A stretch of DNA of 64,000 bases from assembly GCA_944350385.1 (NCBI GenBank), contig CALVOV010000005.1, forward strand, positions 1,970 through 65,969, read 5' to 3'. The stretch is from an uncultured Bacilli bacterium (GTDB lineage Bacteria; Bacillota_I; Bacilli_A; RF39; UBA660). Position 1 is the first letter of the stretch. Each line of letters starts with the position of its first letter. Below, piece after piece: positions 20,435 to 30,380 of the stretch. Below the pieces are notes generated by a model, which saw only the letters and a program-made list of their open reading frames with translations, did no database searches and had not been told where the DNA came from. Position numbers and translations under genes: made by a program.

Positions 20435-20454
20435 TAATCTTATAGGTATAAAAT

Positions 20455-21297
20455 ATGAAAAAATTTAAAAAAATATATATTGAAATAACTAATATATGCA
20501 ATTTGAATTGTAATTTTTGCTCAGCTAATACAAGAAAATTAGCATATATTTCTGTTGATAACTTCAGTAAAATAATTAATGAAGTAAAAAATTATACTGA
20601 TTATATTTATCTTCATGTTAAAGGAGAACCACTACTTCACCCTCAACTTGAAGAACTTTTAAAAAAAGCAGAAGAAAATAATTTAAAAGTAAATATTACA
20701 ACTAATGGAACTTTATTAAAAGAAAAAGCAGAAATTTTGAGAAAAGCAAATAACATAAATAAAATAAACATTTCTCTACATTCAGAAAATAATAAAATAA
20801 ATTATTTTACAGAAATATTTGAAACAGTAAAAAATAAATTATCAAATAAAACTATTGTTTATCGTATTTGGACTCTTAATAACAATAAACTAGATGAAAA
20901 GTCTAAAAATATTGTGGAAAAAATAAAAGAGTATTATAAACTTTCCACAGATATTGTGGATAAAATAAAAAAAGAGCAAAATATTAAAATAGGAAGTAAT
21001 ATATATTTAGATAAAGCTAATAAATTTGAATGGCCAACAATGGATAATGAAACAGAAAGAAATGGTTATTGCTATGCTCTAAAAACACAAATCGCTATAT
21101 TAGTAGATGGTACAGTGATTCCATGCTGCCTAGATAGTTCTGGAAAAAATTCATTAGGTAATATTTATAAAGATAGTTTTAAGAACATAATTGAAGGAGA
21201 AAAATTTTTAAAATTAAAAAAGTCTTTTGAAGATAGAAAACCAATATCTGAATTATGTAGAAAATGTACATTTAAAGATAAGTTCAATAAAAATTAA
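20455..21297 (+). CDS. radical SAM protein with C-terminal SPASM/twitch-like Cys cluster
   Basis: CNLNCNFC (CxxxCxxC) at the N-terminus. C-terminal cysteines lie in GYCYAL...VIPCCLDS...ELCRKCTF. Confidence 0.8.
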   Translation: MKKFKKIYIEITNICNLNCNFCSANTRKLAYISVDNFSKIINEVKNYTDYIYLHVKGEPLLHPQLEELLKKAEENNLKVNITTNGTLLKEKAEILRKANNINKINISLHSENNKINYFTEIFETVKNKLSNKTIVYRIWTLNNNKLDEKSKNIVEKIKEYYKLSTDIVDKIKKEQNIKIGSNIYLDKANKFEWPTMDNETERNGYCYALKTQIAILVDGTVIPCCLDSSGKNSLGNIYKDSFKNIIEGEKFLKLKKSFEDRKPISELCRKCTFKDKFNKN

Positions 21298-21327
21298 ACA
21301 TTATACTAAGAAAGTATAATGTTTTTA
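21297..21327 (+). terminator. rho-independent terminator
   Basis: AACATTATAC (21297-21306) pairs with GTATAATGTT (21314-21323), followed by a T-run. Confidence 0.7.
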
Positions 21328-21411
21328 TAAGAATTTGATAAGTATACGATATAAGTAAAAACTTATTTTAATAATTTATAAATTTTGTTATAATATGTCC
21401 GAGGTGAGAGT

Positions 21412-24231
21412 ATGTCTTTAGATAAAATAATCGTAAAAGGTGCTAGAGAAAATAATTTAAAAAATATTGATATAGAACTTCCTAAAAATAAATTAATAGT
21501 TATGACAGGATTATCAGGATCAGGTAAATCATCATTAGCTTTTGATACTATTTATGCAGAAGGTCAAAGAAGATATGTTGAAAGTTTATCGGCATATGCT
21601 AGACAATTTTTAGGTGGTAGTGAAAAACCAGATGTAGACAGTATAGAAGGATTATCTCCGGCAATTTCAATTGATCAAAAAACCACCTCTAATAATCCAA
21701 GATCAACTGTTGCCACAGTTACAGAAATTTATGATTATTTGAGACTTTTATTTGCTCGTGTAGGAGTACCATATTGTCCTACTCATCACATACCTATAAC
21801 TTCTCAAAGTGTAGAAGAAATGACAAATAAAATATTAGAATATCCATTAGGTACTAAAATAATAATTTTGTCGCCTGTAGTATCAGGAGAAAAGGGAACT
21901 CATAAGGATACTATAGAAAAACTAAGAAAAGAAGGTTATACCAGAGCTAGAGTAAATGGTGAAATGAAAGATCTTAGTGAAGATATAGAATTAGAAAAAA
22001 ATAAAAAAGATAAAATAGATGTTGTAATTGATAGAATTGTAATTAAAGAAGACTCCTATTCACGAATTTTTGAAGCAGTGGAACAAGCAACAAAATTATC
22101 AGAAGGAAAAGTGATAATTCAAATTCTTGGAGAAAATGCTAAAGAGATGGTTTTTTCTGAACAATTTGCTTGTCCATATTGTGAATTTTCTATACCAGAA
22201 TTAGAGCCTAGGATTTTCTCATTTAATGCACCATATGGCGCATGTCCAGATTGTAAAGGATTAGGAGTAAAATTACAGGTTGATGAAGATTTAGTCATTC
22301 CAGATAAGACATTAAGTATAAATGATGGCTGCATTAAAACATTAAGCGATGACCAAGAAGGAATATATTATAAAAAGTTAGAAATAGTATGTGAACACTA
22401 CAAAATAGACATGAACAAACCATTTAATAAATTAACTAAAAGAGAAGCAAATATAGTTTTACATGGTTCACCAGAGCCAATAAGATTTAAATATACTACT
22501 AAGGGTGGTACACAATACAACAACGTAGATTATTACGAAGGAATTTTGGATAATTTACAAAGACGTTATATGGAGACATCATCTAGTTGGATTAGAGAAT
22601 GGTTAGAAAATTATATGGTTGAATACACTTGTGATACTTGCCATGGATCTAGATTAAAAGATGAAGTTTTATGTGTAAAAATAAATAAAAAGAATATTTA
22701 TGAAATAACACAAATGTCTATCAAAGATTTATTAGAGACATTTAAATCGCTTAAACTTACTGAAGAACAAACCAAAATAGCAGATTTAGTACTAAAAGAA
22801 ATAAATTCTAGACTTCAATTTTTATCAGATGTAGGTTTAGAATATCTTACTTTAGATAGGAATGCTGGTACATTATCAGGAGGAGAGGCACAACGTATTA
22901 GATTAGCAACTCAAATTGGTTCCCATCTAACAGGTGTTTTATATGTTTTAGATGAACCAAGTATTGGATTGCATCAGCGAGATAATGAAAAGCTAATTCA
23001 ATCTATGAAAGAGATGCGTGACCTAGGCAATACTTTAATAGTAGTAGAACATGATACAGACACTATGCTTGCTTCTGATTATTTAGTAGATATAGGTCCA
23101 GGAGCTGGAGAAAATGGTGGCAGAATTATGGCTGCTGGAACACCAGAAGAAGTAATGAAAAATGAAAATTCTCTTACTGGTCAATATTTAAGTGGTAAAA
23201 AACGTATAGAAGTTCCTAAAATTAGAAGAAAAGGCAACGGTAAAAAAATAATCATCAAGGGTGCAAGTGAGCATAATTTAAAAAATATTGACGTAGAAAT
23301 ACCATTAGGTACTTTAACATGTATCACAGGAGTTTCCGGATCAGGAAAATCAACTTTAATAAATGATATACTTTGTAGAGAAGTTTCTAAACAATTATAT
23401 AATTCAAAAGAAAAACCAGGAAAGTTTAAGAAAATATTAGGTATAGAAAATATTGATAAGATAATTGCTATCTCACAAAATCCAATTGGTAGAACACCAC
23501 GTTCTAATCCAGCAACATATACCGGAGTATTTGATGATATAAGAACATTATTTACTACTACTAAAGAAGCTAAAATGTATGGATATGAAAAGAATAGATT
23601 TTCTTTTAACGTAAAAGGTGGAAGATGTGAAGCGTGTCGTGGAGATGGCGTTAAAAAAATTGAAATGAACTTTTTACCAGATGTTTATGTTCCATGTGAA
23701 ATTTGTCATGGAACTAGGTATAATAGAGAAACTTTAAATATAAAATATAAAGGAAAGAATATTGCTGAAGTTTTAGATTTAAGAGTAACAGAAGCTTTAG
23801 AATTTTTTGAAAATGTTCCTAAAATTAAGCAAAAGCTTCAAGTTTTAAATGATGTTGGATTAGGTTATATAAAGTTAGGACAACCAGCACCAACACTATC
23901 AGGAGGAGAAGCTGAAAGAGTTAAATTAGCTAAAGAATTACAACGAAAAGCGACTGGAAAGACTTTATTTGTTTTAGACGAACCAACTACTGGATTACAT
24001 TCTGACGATATCAAGCGTTTGCTTGCAATTTTACAAAAAATAGTGGATAATAAAGATACCGTAATAATAATAGAACATAACTTAGATGTAATAAAAACGG
24101 CTGATTACATTATAGATCTCGGACCAGAAGGTGGAGATGGTGGAGGAACAATAGTGGCTAAAGGAACACCAGAAGAAGTAGCTAAAATTAAAGAGTCATA
24201 TACCGGACAATTTATTAAAAAATTACTATGA
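21412..24231 (+). CDS. uvrA: excinuclease ABC subunit A
   Basis: Two ABC modules (GLSGSGKSS, GVSGSGKST; LSGGEAQR, LSGGEAER) and zinc-finger cysteines (CPYC...CPDC, CEAC...CEIC). Confidence 0.97.
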   Translation: MSLDKIIVKGARENNLKNIDIELPKNKLIVMTGLSGSGKSSLAFDTIYAEGQRRYVESLSAYARQFLGGSEKPDVDSIEGLSPAISIDQKTTSNNPRSTVATVTEIYDYLRLLFARVGVPYCPTHHIPITSQSVEEMTNKILEYPLGTKIIILSPVVSGEKGTHKDTIEKLRKEGYTRARVNGEMKDLSEDIELEKNKKDKIDVVIDRIVIKEDSYSRIFEAVEQATKLSEGKVIIQILGENAKEMVFSEQFACPYCEFSIPELEPRIFSFNAPYGACPDCKGLGVKLQVDEDLVIPDKTLSINDGCIKTLSDDQEGIYYKKLEIVCEHYKIDMNKPFNKLTKREANIVLHGSPEPIRFKYTTKGGTQYNNVDYYEGILDNLQRRYMETSSSWIREWLENYMVEYTCDTCHGSRLKDEVLCVKINKKNIYEITQMSIKDLLETFKSLKLTEEQTKIADLVLKEINSRLQFLSDVGLEYLTLDRNAGTLSGGEAQRIRLATQIGSHLTGVLYVLDEPSIGLHQRDNEKLIQSMKEMRDLGNTLIVVEHDTDTMLASDYLVDIGPGAGENGGRIMAAGTPEEVMKNENSLTGQYLSGKKRIEVPKIRRKGNGKKIIIKGASEHNLKNIDVEIPLGTLTCITGVSGSGKSTLINDILCREVSKQLYNSKEKPGKFKKILGIENIDKIIAISQNPIGRTPRSNPATYTGVFDDIRTLFTTTKEAKMYGYEKNRFSFNVKGGRCEACRGDGVKKIEMNFLPDVYVPCEICHGTRYNRETLNIKYKGKNIAEVLDLRVTEALEFFENVPKIKQKLQVLNDVGLGYIKLGQPAPTLSGGEAERVKLAKELQRKATGKTLFVLDEPTTGLHSDDIKRLLAILQKIVDNKDTVIIIEHNLDVIKTADYIIDLGPEGGDGGGTIVAKGTPEEVAKIKESYTGQFIKKLL

Positions 24232-24241
24232 GGAGAATAAT

Positions 24242-24667
24242 ATGAGTTTGATAGTAATAGAAAAAAATAAGTTAAAATTAAATAAATTTGTAGAATGGTT
24301 GATTCATATGCTAGGTTACAGCCTTGTTTTTGCAGCTTCAACAAGTTTATTTGATAGTGTAAAAATAGATTCTAATAATCATTATCTTATAATTTTTCTT
24401 ATAGTATTACTTATTTATTTTCTAAATAAAACTATCAAACCTATACTTGTTACTTTAACTATTCCTATTACAGGAATAACATTAGGGCTTTTTTATCCTT
24501 GCATTAATTTATTCATCTTGAAATTAGTCGATTGGATAATGGGTAGTCACTTTGATTTGTCTAATTTATATGCTGCCTTCTTTTTAGCAATTCTTTTATC
24601 AATAATGAACTTCATAGTAGCTGAAATAATTAACAGTATATTAAAGAAGGTGAAAAAACATGGATAG
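24242..24667 (+). CDS. small 4-TM membrane protein (YvlD / phage-holin-4-like, DUF360)
   Basis: The KPILVTLTIPITGITLGLFYPCINLFIL segment matches the characteristic core of this family. 141 aa. Confidence 0.55.
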   Translation: MSLIVIEKNKLKLNKFVEWLIHMLGYSLVFAASTSLFDSVKIDSNNHYLIIFLIVLLIYFLNKTIKPILVTLTIPITGITLGLFYPCINLFILKLVDWIMGSHFDLSNLYAAFFLAILLSIMNFIVAEIINSILKKVKKHG

Positions 24668-25490
24668 AGTAGCACTAGATTTAGGATTTATTCAAGTTTA
24701 TTGGTATTCAATATTTATTTTTCTTGGGATACTAACAGGATTCTTCTTTATTTATAAGGAAGCCAAAAGAAAAAAAATAAATGATGAAATATTATTAGAT
24801 TTAATTTTTAATTCTATATTAATTGGTATTATTGGAGCTAGATTGTATTATGTTATTTTTAATCTTCCATATTATCTTTCTAATATAATTGAGATATTTG
24901 AAATATGGAATGGAGGATTAGCAATCCATGGAGGAATTATTTCAGCATTAATTTTTATATATTATTATTGTAAAAAACATGATGTAAAATTTATAGATAT
25001 TTTAGACATTTTTGTGGTTGGTTTGATAATTGGTCAGGCCATAGGTAGGTGGGGAAATTTCTTCAATCAAGAAGCATATGGTGGTGTAACTACTTACAAT
25101 GAATTAGTTAATGATGGAATACCAACTTTTATAATTAATGGAATGTTCATATTAGGTGAATATCGTCAACCAACATTTTTCTATGAATCATTATGGTGTT
25201 TATTTGGATTTATATCAATGATTATAATTAGAAGATTAAGTAAGACATTAAAAAAAGGTCAACTAACAAGTTTTTATTTAATTTGGTATGGAATAGCTAG
25301 ATTATTTATTGAAGGATTAAGAACCGACTCATTAATGTTAGGTCCAATAAAAATAGCTCAAGTAGTTTCAGTAATATTTATAGTTGTGGGCTTATACCTA
25401 TTCATAAAATATAAAGATAAAAAAGGTATAGAATATTCATATAATTATATTGAAGCAGATAAAAAGCCAGCAATAGTTTATTTTAAATAG
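24660..25490 (+). CDS. lgt: prolipoprotein diacylglyceryl transferase
   Basis: WNGGLAIHGG and GRWGNFFNQEAYG motifs in a polytopic membrane protein. Confidence 0.93.
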   Translation: MDRVALDLGFIQVYWYSIFIFLGILTGFFFIYKEAKRKKINDEILLDLIFNSILIGIIGARLYYVIFNLPYYLSNIIEIFEIWNGGLAIHGGIISALIFIYYYCKKHDVKFIDILDIFVVGLIIGQAIGRWGNFFNQEAYGGVTTYNELVNDGIPTFIINGMFILGEYRQPTFFYESLWCLFGFISMIIIRRLSKTLKKGQLTSFYLIWYGIARLFIEGLRTDSLMLGPIKIAQVVSVIFIVVGLYLFIKYKDKKGIEYSYNYIEADKKPAIVYFK

Positions 25491-25500
25491 AGGTGAAAAA

Positions 25501-26451
25501 ATGAAAAAAAAAGTAGTAGTTTTTGGAGGAGGAACAGGAATTTCTTTCTTATTAAGAGGATTAAAAGATTTTCCAATAGATATAACGGCAGTAATTACTG
25601 TATCAGATAATGGAAGGTCAACAGGTAAATTAAGACAAGAATTTCATACTCCTGCAGTAGGTGATATAAGACAAGTCATAACTAATCTTTCATCTATTGA
25701 TGATCCAATCAAAAAAATGATGTCTTATCGCTTTAAAACATCCAGTGACTTAAATGGTCATGCAGTTGGTAACTTGATTTTAACAGCAATGCTTGATATA
25801 ACAGGATCATTAACAGAATCAATTAAAAGCTTAGGAAAATTATTGGATGTTAAACATACGGTATTACCAATATCGGAAGATAGTGATTTAACTTTAATGG
25901 GAGAAGATGAAGAAGGTAATATCATTGAAGGTGAAGAAGAAATCACTTTGGCTCCAAATAAGATTAAAAAAATTTTTTATAAAAAAGAGCCAAAAGTACT
26001 ACCAGAAGTGATTAAAGCAATCAATGAAGCAGATTTAATTATTTTAAGTATAGGAAGTCTATATACTTCTATTCTTCCAAATATTATTTGCAAGGAAGTT
26101 CAATTAGCGATAGAAGATTCAAAAGCTCCTATCATGTATGTTTGTAATGCTGTTACTCAACCAGGAGAAACAGATAATTTCACTGTAAGTGATCATGTTA
26201 ATATGTTAAATTCTTATTTAAATAAAAGAAAAATAGATTGCGTAATTGCCAGCAATACAGTCATTCCTAAAAAAATGGCCGAGAAATATGCAACAGAAGA
26301 GCAAAAGGATCCAGTAATGATAGATTATGAAAATTTAGAAAAAATGAATATAGAATTAATAGAAGATGATTTAATTATTGTTGAAGATAATAGATTGAGA
26401 CACAATAGCTTAAAATTAAGTTCAATAATCTTCTCATATTTAATGCGATAA
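25501..26451 (+). CDS. yvcK: YvcK-family gluconeogenesis factor (CofD-like fold)
   Basis: N-terminus KVVVFGGGTG, then SDNGRSTGKLR and GSLYTSILPN. It lies directly upstream of whiA. Confidence 0.88.
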   Translation: MKKKVVVFGGGTGISFLLRGLKDFPIDITAVITVSDNGRSTGKLRQEFHTPAVGDIRQVITNLSSIDDPIKKMMSYRFKTSSDLNGHAVGNLILTAMLDITGSLTESIKSLGKLLDVKHTVLPISEDSDLTLMGEDEEGNIIEGEEEITLAPNKIKKIFYKKEPKVLPEVIKAINEADLIILSIGSLYTSILPNIICKEVQLAIEDSKAPIMYVCNAVTQPGETDNFTVSDHVNMLNSYLNKRKIDCVIASNTVIPKKMAEKYATEEQKDPVMIDYENLEKMNIELIEDDLIIVEDNRLRHNSLKLSSIIFSYLMR

Positions 26452-27395
26452 TGTCATACACAACAACAATTAAACAAGAAATAGCAACCATTTCATGTAC
26501 CAAGTCAGAAATGATTGCAGAATTGTCTGGATTCATCAGAAATAATGGTACATTGTCAGAAGATACTATCATATTAACAACAGAAAGTGAAACTACTAAA
26601 AATAGAATAAAATCTTTTTTAAAAGCCTCTTATGAAGTAGAATCGTTAGTGGAAATAAAAGATAGTCTAAATTTTAGTAAAAAAGATTTATATGTAATTA
26701 ATATAAATGATAAAGTCGATTTAATTTTAAAGGATATAGGATATATAGACGAAAGTGGTAAATTATTGCCATCTCCTCCTACTTATATAGTTGGAGCTAA
26801 TGAAGAAATTAGAGCTTATTTACGAGGAGTATTTTTAAGTTGCGGTAGTATAAATGATCCAAAAACATCTAGGTACCATATGGAATTATTAATTTTTTCT
26901 CCTGATGAAGCTGTTTTTGTTCAAAAATTATTAAATATATTTGATTTAAATGCAAAAATTTTAAATAGAGATAAAGGATACATGATTTATATAAAAGAAG
27001 CAGAGAAAATAAGTGATTATATAAAAATATTAGGTGCTAATAATGCTGTAATGTATTTTGAAAACGTAAGAGTTTATCGAGATAAAAAAAATAAAACTAA
27101 TCGTTTAAATAATTGTGAGCAAGCTAACATAGATAAAGTTTTTCAAACGGCTGCTGCACAACTAGAGCAAATAGAAATAATAGAAAACACTGGAAGCGTT
27201 GATTTATTGGATGAACGTACCCAAATAGCTTTAGAATATAGAAAAAAATATCCAGAAACATCTATTAAAGAATTATCAGAAATAATTTCTGTAGAAACAG
27301 GGAAACCATTAACAAAATCAGGGCTAAATCACCGACTAAGAAAAATAAAAGAATTAGCTGAAAGAATAAAAAAACAAGAAAGCAAAGAAAAATAA
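26451..27395 (+). CDS. whiA: DNA-binding protein WhiA
   Basis: The N-terminus SYTTTIKQEI, a LAGLIDADG-derived middle region (YLRGVFLSCGSINDP) and a C-terminal HTH are typical of WhiA. The start overlaps the yvcK stop. Confidence 0.9.
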   Translation: MSYTTTIKQEIATISCTKSEMIAELSGFIRNNGTLSEDTIILTTESETTKNRIKSFLKASYEVESLVEIKDSLNFSKKDLYVININDKVDLILKDIGYIDESGKLLPSPPTYIVGANEEIRAYLRGVFLSCGSINDPKTSRYHMELLIFSPDEAVFVQKLLNIFDLNAKILNRDKGYMIYIKEAEKISDYIKILGANNAVMYFENVRVYRDKKNKTNRLNNCEQANIDKVFQTAAAQLEQIEIIENTGSVDLLDERTQIALEYRKKYPETSIKELSEIISVETGKPLTKSGLNHRLRKIKELAERIKKQESKEK

Positions 27396-27500
27396 TCTTT
27401 GTTTTTTTAATTTAAATGCATAATGTAAAGTAATAAAAATATCATATTATTAAGCATAAAATTGTGCTATACTGAAATAAAGAATAGGAAGGGTAAATAT

Positions 27501-29153
27501 ATGATAGAAACTATACAAGTTACAATAAATAATAATAATTATGATGTTACAAAAGGAATGACTTTAGAAGAAATAGCATCTACATTTGCAAAAGACTATA
27601 AATATCCCATTCTTTTAGCAAAAGTTGATAATAGATTAAAAGAATTAACTAGTATTGTTAAAGAATCTTCTAATATTCAATTTTTAGATTTAACTTCTTA
27701 TGAGGGAAATCGTTGCCATATTAATGGAGTAATATACATATTAATATGTGCAGTAAAAAAACTCTATGGAAAAAAAGCTAATGTAATAATTCAACATTCA
27801 CTAGATAAAGGTATATATATTGAGACTAATTTCAAATTAACCAAAGAAAAGGTAGAAGCAATTAAAGAAACAATGAATGATATTATTAAAGCAGATATGC
27901 CAATTACTAGAGTAACAATTGATAGAATTGAAGCTATGAATTACTTCGAAAGTATAGGAGATCATACAAAAGCTGGAGTTTTAAGATATAATACTAACAC
28001 ATTTATTCATTTATATCGTCTAGGAAATTACTATAATTATTTTTATAGTTTCATGGCAACATCTACAGAAAAATTAAAAAGTTATGATTTAACTTATATA
28101 AAAGAAAATGGATTATTGTTAAGATTTCCAACTATTTATATAAATGATAAAATCAAAGATTACGAACCTCATCCTCATATGTTTGAAGTGTTTAAAGAAT
28201 ATCGTGATTGGGCTAAAATAATGAACATAGAAAATTCAGTAGAATTAAATGAAGTAGTTTCTAAAGGAAAAATAAACGATTTAATAAAAATTGATGAAAC
28301 ACTTCAAAGCAATCGTTTACTAAGTGTTGCCAAAGAAATAAATTCTAAAAAAAGCAAAGTTAAAATAGTTTTATTAGCAGGTCCTTCATCATCAGGAAAA
28401 ACCACTACATCTAAAAAACTTTGTATGTATTTAGAGAGTTTTGGCTTAACACCAAAAGTTATCGGTATGGATGATTATTTTGTAGATCGTGAAAATACAC
28501 CAAAAGATAAAGATGGCAATTATAATTTTGAATGTCTAGAAGCAGTTGATTTAAAGCTGTTTGATAAGCAAATAGCTGAATTGTTAAAAGGAGAAACAGT
28601 AAAAGTTCCAACATTTAATTTTCAATTAGGAAAGAAAGAATATAAAAGAGAAATTAATTTAGGAAAGAATGATATCCTAGTAATAGAAGGAATTCATGCT
28701 TTAGATAGAAAAATATTAACAAATATCGATAGAGATAGAAAATATAAAATATATATATCAGCATTAACAGAAATTAATATGGATGACCATAATCGAGTTT
28801 CCACTACAGATAATCGATTATTAAGAAGAATTATAAGGGATAATAGAACTAGAGGACATAGTGTTGAACACACTTTAGCAATGTGGGATAAAGTTCGTGA
28901 AGGAGAAGAAAAATACATTTTTCCATACCAAGATGAAGCAGATTATACAATAAATTCAGCATTAATTTACGAAATCGGTGTCTTAAAGACTTATGTTGAG
29001 CCACTGCTTTACTCAGTACCAGCTACTTCACCATATTATGAAGAAGCTATAAGACTAATTAATTTTCTAGGATTGTTTTTGCCGATTCCATCAGATGCTA
29101 TTCCAAATGATTCTATATTAAGAGAATTTATAGGAAATAGTTATTTTGAATAA
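27501..29153 (+). CDS. TGS-domain / uridine-kinase-like nucleoside kinase family protein
   Basis: P-loop LLAGPSSSGKTTT plus phosphoribulokinase/uridine-kinase-like downstream blocks (VIEGIHAL, RRIIRDNRTRGH), with an N-terminal TGS-like beta-grasp. GGAAGGG precedes ATG 27501. Confidence 0.7.
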   Translation: MIETIQVTINNNNYDVTKGMTLEEIASTFAKDYKYPILLAKVDNRLKELTSIVKESSNIQFLDLTSYEGNRCHINGVIYILICAVKKLYGKKANVIIQHSLDKGIYIETNFKLTKEKVEAIKETMNDIIKADMPITRVTIDRIEAMNYFESIGDHTKAGVLRYNTNTFIHLYRLGNYYNYFYSFMATSTEKLKSYDLTYIKENGLLLRFPTIYINDKIKDYEPHPHMFEVFKEYRDWAKIMNIENSVELNEVVSKGKINDLIKIDETLQSNRLLSVAKEINSKKSKVKIVLLAGPSSSGKTTTSKKLCMYLESFGLTPKVIGMDDYFVDRENTPKDKDGNYNFECLEAVDLKLFDKQIAELLKGETVKVPTFNFQLGKKEYKREINLGKNDILVIEGIHALDRKILTNIDRDRKYKIYISALTEINMDDHNRVSTTDNRLLRRIIRDNRTRGHSVEHTLAMWDKVREGEEKYIFPYQDEADYTINSALIYEIGVLKTYVEPLLYSVPATSPYYEEAIRLINFLGLFLPIPSDAIPNDSILREFIGNSYFE

Positions 29154-29183
29154 ATATCCACAATTTTTGTGGATATTTTTTTT
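29154..29183 (+). terminator. rho-independent terminator whose arms are DnaA-box-like
   Basis: ATATCCACAA-ttt-TTGTGGATAT followed by T8. It contains TCCACA (29157-29162), a 5-nt spacer and TGTGGA (29168-29173). Confidence 0.75.
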
Positions 29184-29190
29184 GCTATTA

Positions 29191-29217
29191 TTTTATCCAC
29201 AATTTATGTGGATAAAA
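29191..29217. promoter_or_regulatory. palindrome made of two perfect, convergent DnaA boxes
   Basis: TTATCCACA (29193-29201) and TGTGGATAA (29207-29215) are separated by 5 nt, about 40 bp upstream of the gap -35 element. It is a near-duplicate of the preceding terminator hairpin. Confidence 0.5.
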
Positions 29218-29252
29218 TTTACAAAGATAAATGTCAAACTTAGTCTACTTTA

Positions 29253-29281
29253 TTGATATAAGAAATTAATCATACTATAAT
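29253..29281 (+). promoter_or_regulatory. sigma-A-type promoter of the gap operon
   Basis: TTGATA (29253-29258), a 17-nt spacer, then TATAAT (29276-29281). Confidence 0.6.
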
Positions 29282-29302
29282 AAAGTCAGGAGGATGAATT
29301 AA

Positions 29303-30307
29303 ATGATAAAAGTAGCAATTAATGGATTTGGAAGGATAGGAAGATTAGCATTTAGATTAATGGAGGAAAACCCAGAATTTGAAGTAGTCGCAATAAATGA
29401 CTTAACAGACGCTGAACAATTAGCATATTTATTGAAGTACGATACAAATCATGGAAACTATCGTATTGATGAAATTTCTTATGATGGAGATCAAATTGTT
29501 GTAGGAGATAGAAAGGTAAAAGTTTATGCTGAAAAAGATCCTGCAGCATTACCATGGAAGGATTTAGATATTGATGTAGTATTTGAATGCACTGGATTAT
29601 TTACTTCAGAAGAAAAAGCAATGGCACATATTAATGCTGGAGCAAAGAAAGTAATCATTTCAGCACCAGCAAAAGGAAATGTTAAAACAGTTGTATACAA
29701 TGTTAACCAAGATATTTTAACTGGTGATGAAAAAATCATTTCTGCAGCTAGTTGTACAACCAACTGCTTAGCGCCAGTAGTAGATGTATTAGATAAGGAA
29801 TTTGGTATCGTTAAAGGTTACATGACAACAGTCCATGCTTACACGAATGATCAAGCAACATTAGATGTAGCACACAAGAAAGGAATTAAAGCTCGTCGTG
29901 GAAGAGCATGTGCTGCTAATATAGTTCCTGCTTCAACTGGAGCAGCATCAGCAATAGGAAAAGTTTGCCCTAATCTAGATGGAAAATTAGCAGGAACTGC
30001 AATGAGAGTACCTGTATCTACAGGATCAGTAGTAGATTTAGTGTTAGAATTAGGTAGAAATACAACTGCTGAAGAAATTAACCAAGTATTAAAAAATCAT
30101 ACAAATGAAACATTACAATATACAGATGACCCAATTGTTTCAAGTGATGTTATTGGTAGACGTTGTGGATCTTTAGTAGATGGTTTATCAACAACAGTAC
30201 TAGAAGTAGAAGGAAAACAATTAGTTAAAGTAGTATCATGGTATGATAATGAAATGAGTTATACTGCTCAAATGGTTAGAACTGCAAAATACTTGATGTC
30301 TAAGTAA
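29303..30307 (+). CDS. gap: glyceraldehyde-3-phosphate dehydrogenase
   Basis: [12 protein letters not shown]-binding N-terminus, active site SCTTNCLAP, and C-terminal WYDNE. Confidence 0.97.
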   Translation: MIKVAINGFGRIGRLAFRLMEENPEFEVVAINDLTDAEQLAYLLKYDTNHGNYRIDEISYDGDQIVVGDRKVKVYAEKDPAALPWKDLDIDVVFECTGLFTSEEKAMAHINAGAKKVIISAPAKGNVKTVVYNVNQDILTGDEKIISAASCTTNCLAPVVDVLDKEFGIVKGYMTTVHAYTNDQATLDVAHKKGIKARRGRACAANIVPASTGAASAIGKVCPNLDGKLAGTAMRVPVSTGSVVDLVLELGRNTTAEEINQVLKNHTNETLQYTDDPIVSSDVIGRRCGSLVDGLSTTVLEVEGKQLVKVVSWYDNEMSYTAQMVRTAKYLMSK

Positions 30308-30312
30308 CTTAA

Positions 30313-30334
30313 AAAGGAGTTTCTCCTTTTTTTT
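30313..30334 (+). terminator. short hairpin + T-run between gap and pgk (partial terminator or processing site)
   Basis: AAAGGAG-ttt-CTCCTTT followed by T-run. Confidence 0.5.
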
Positions 30335-30380
30335 CATAATAAAAGATGATATACTCATTTTATGACAGGAGGATTAGAGT

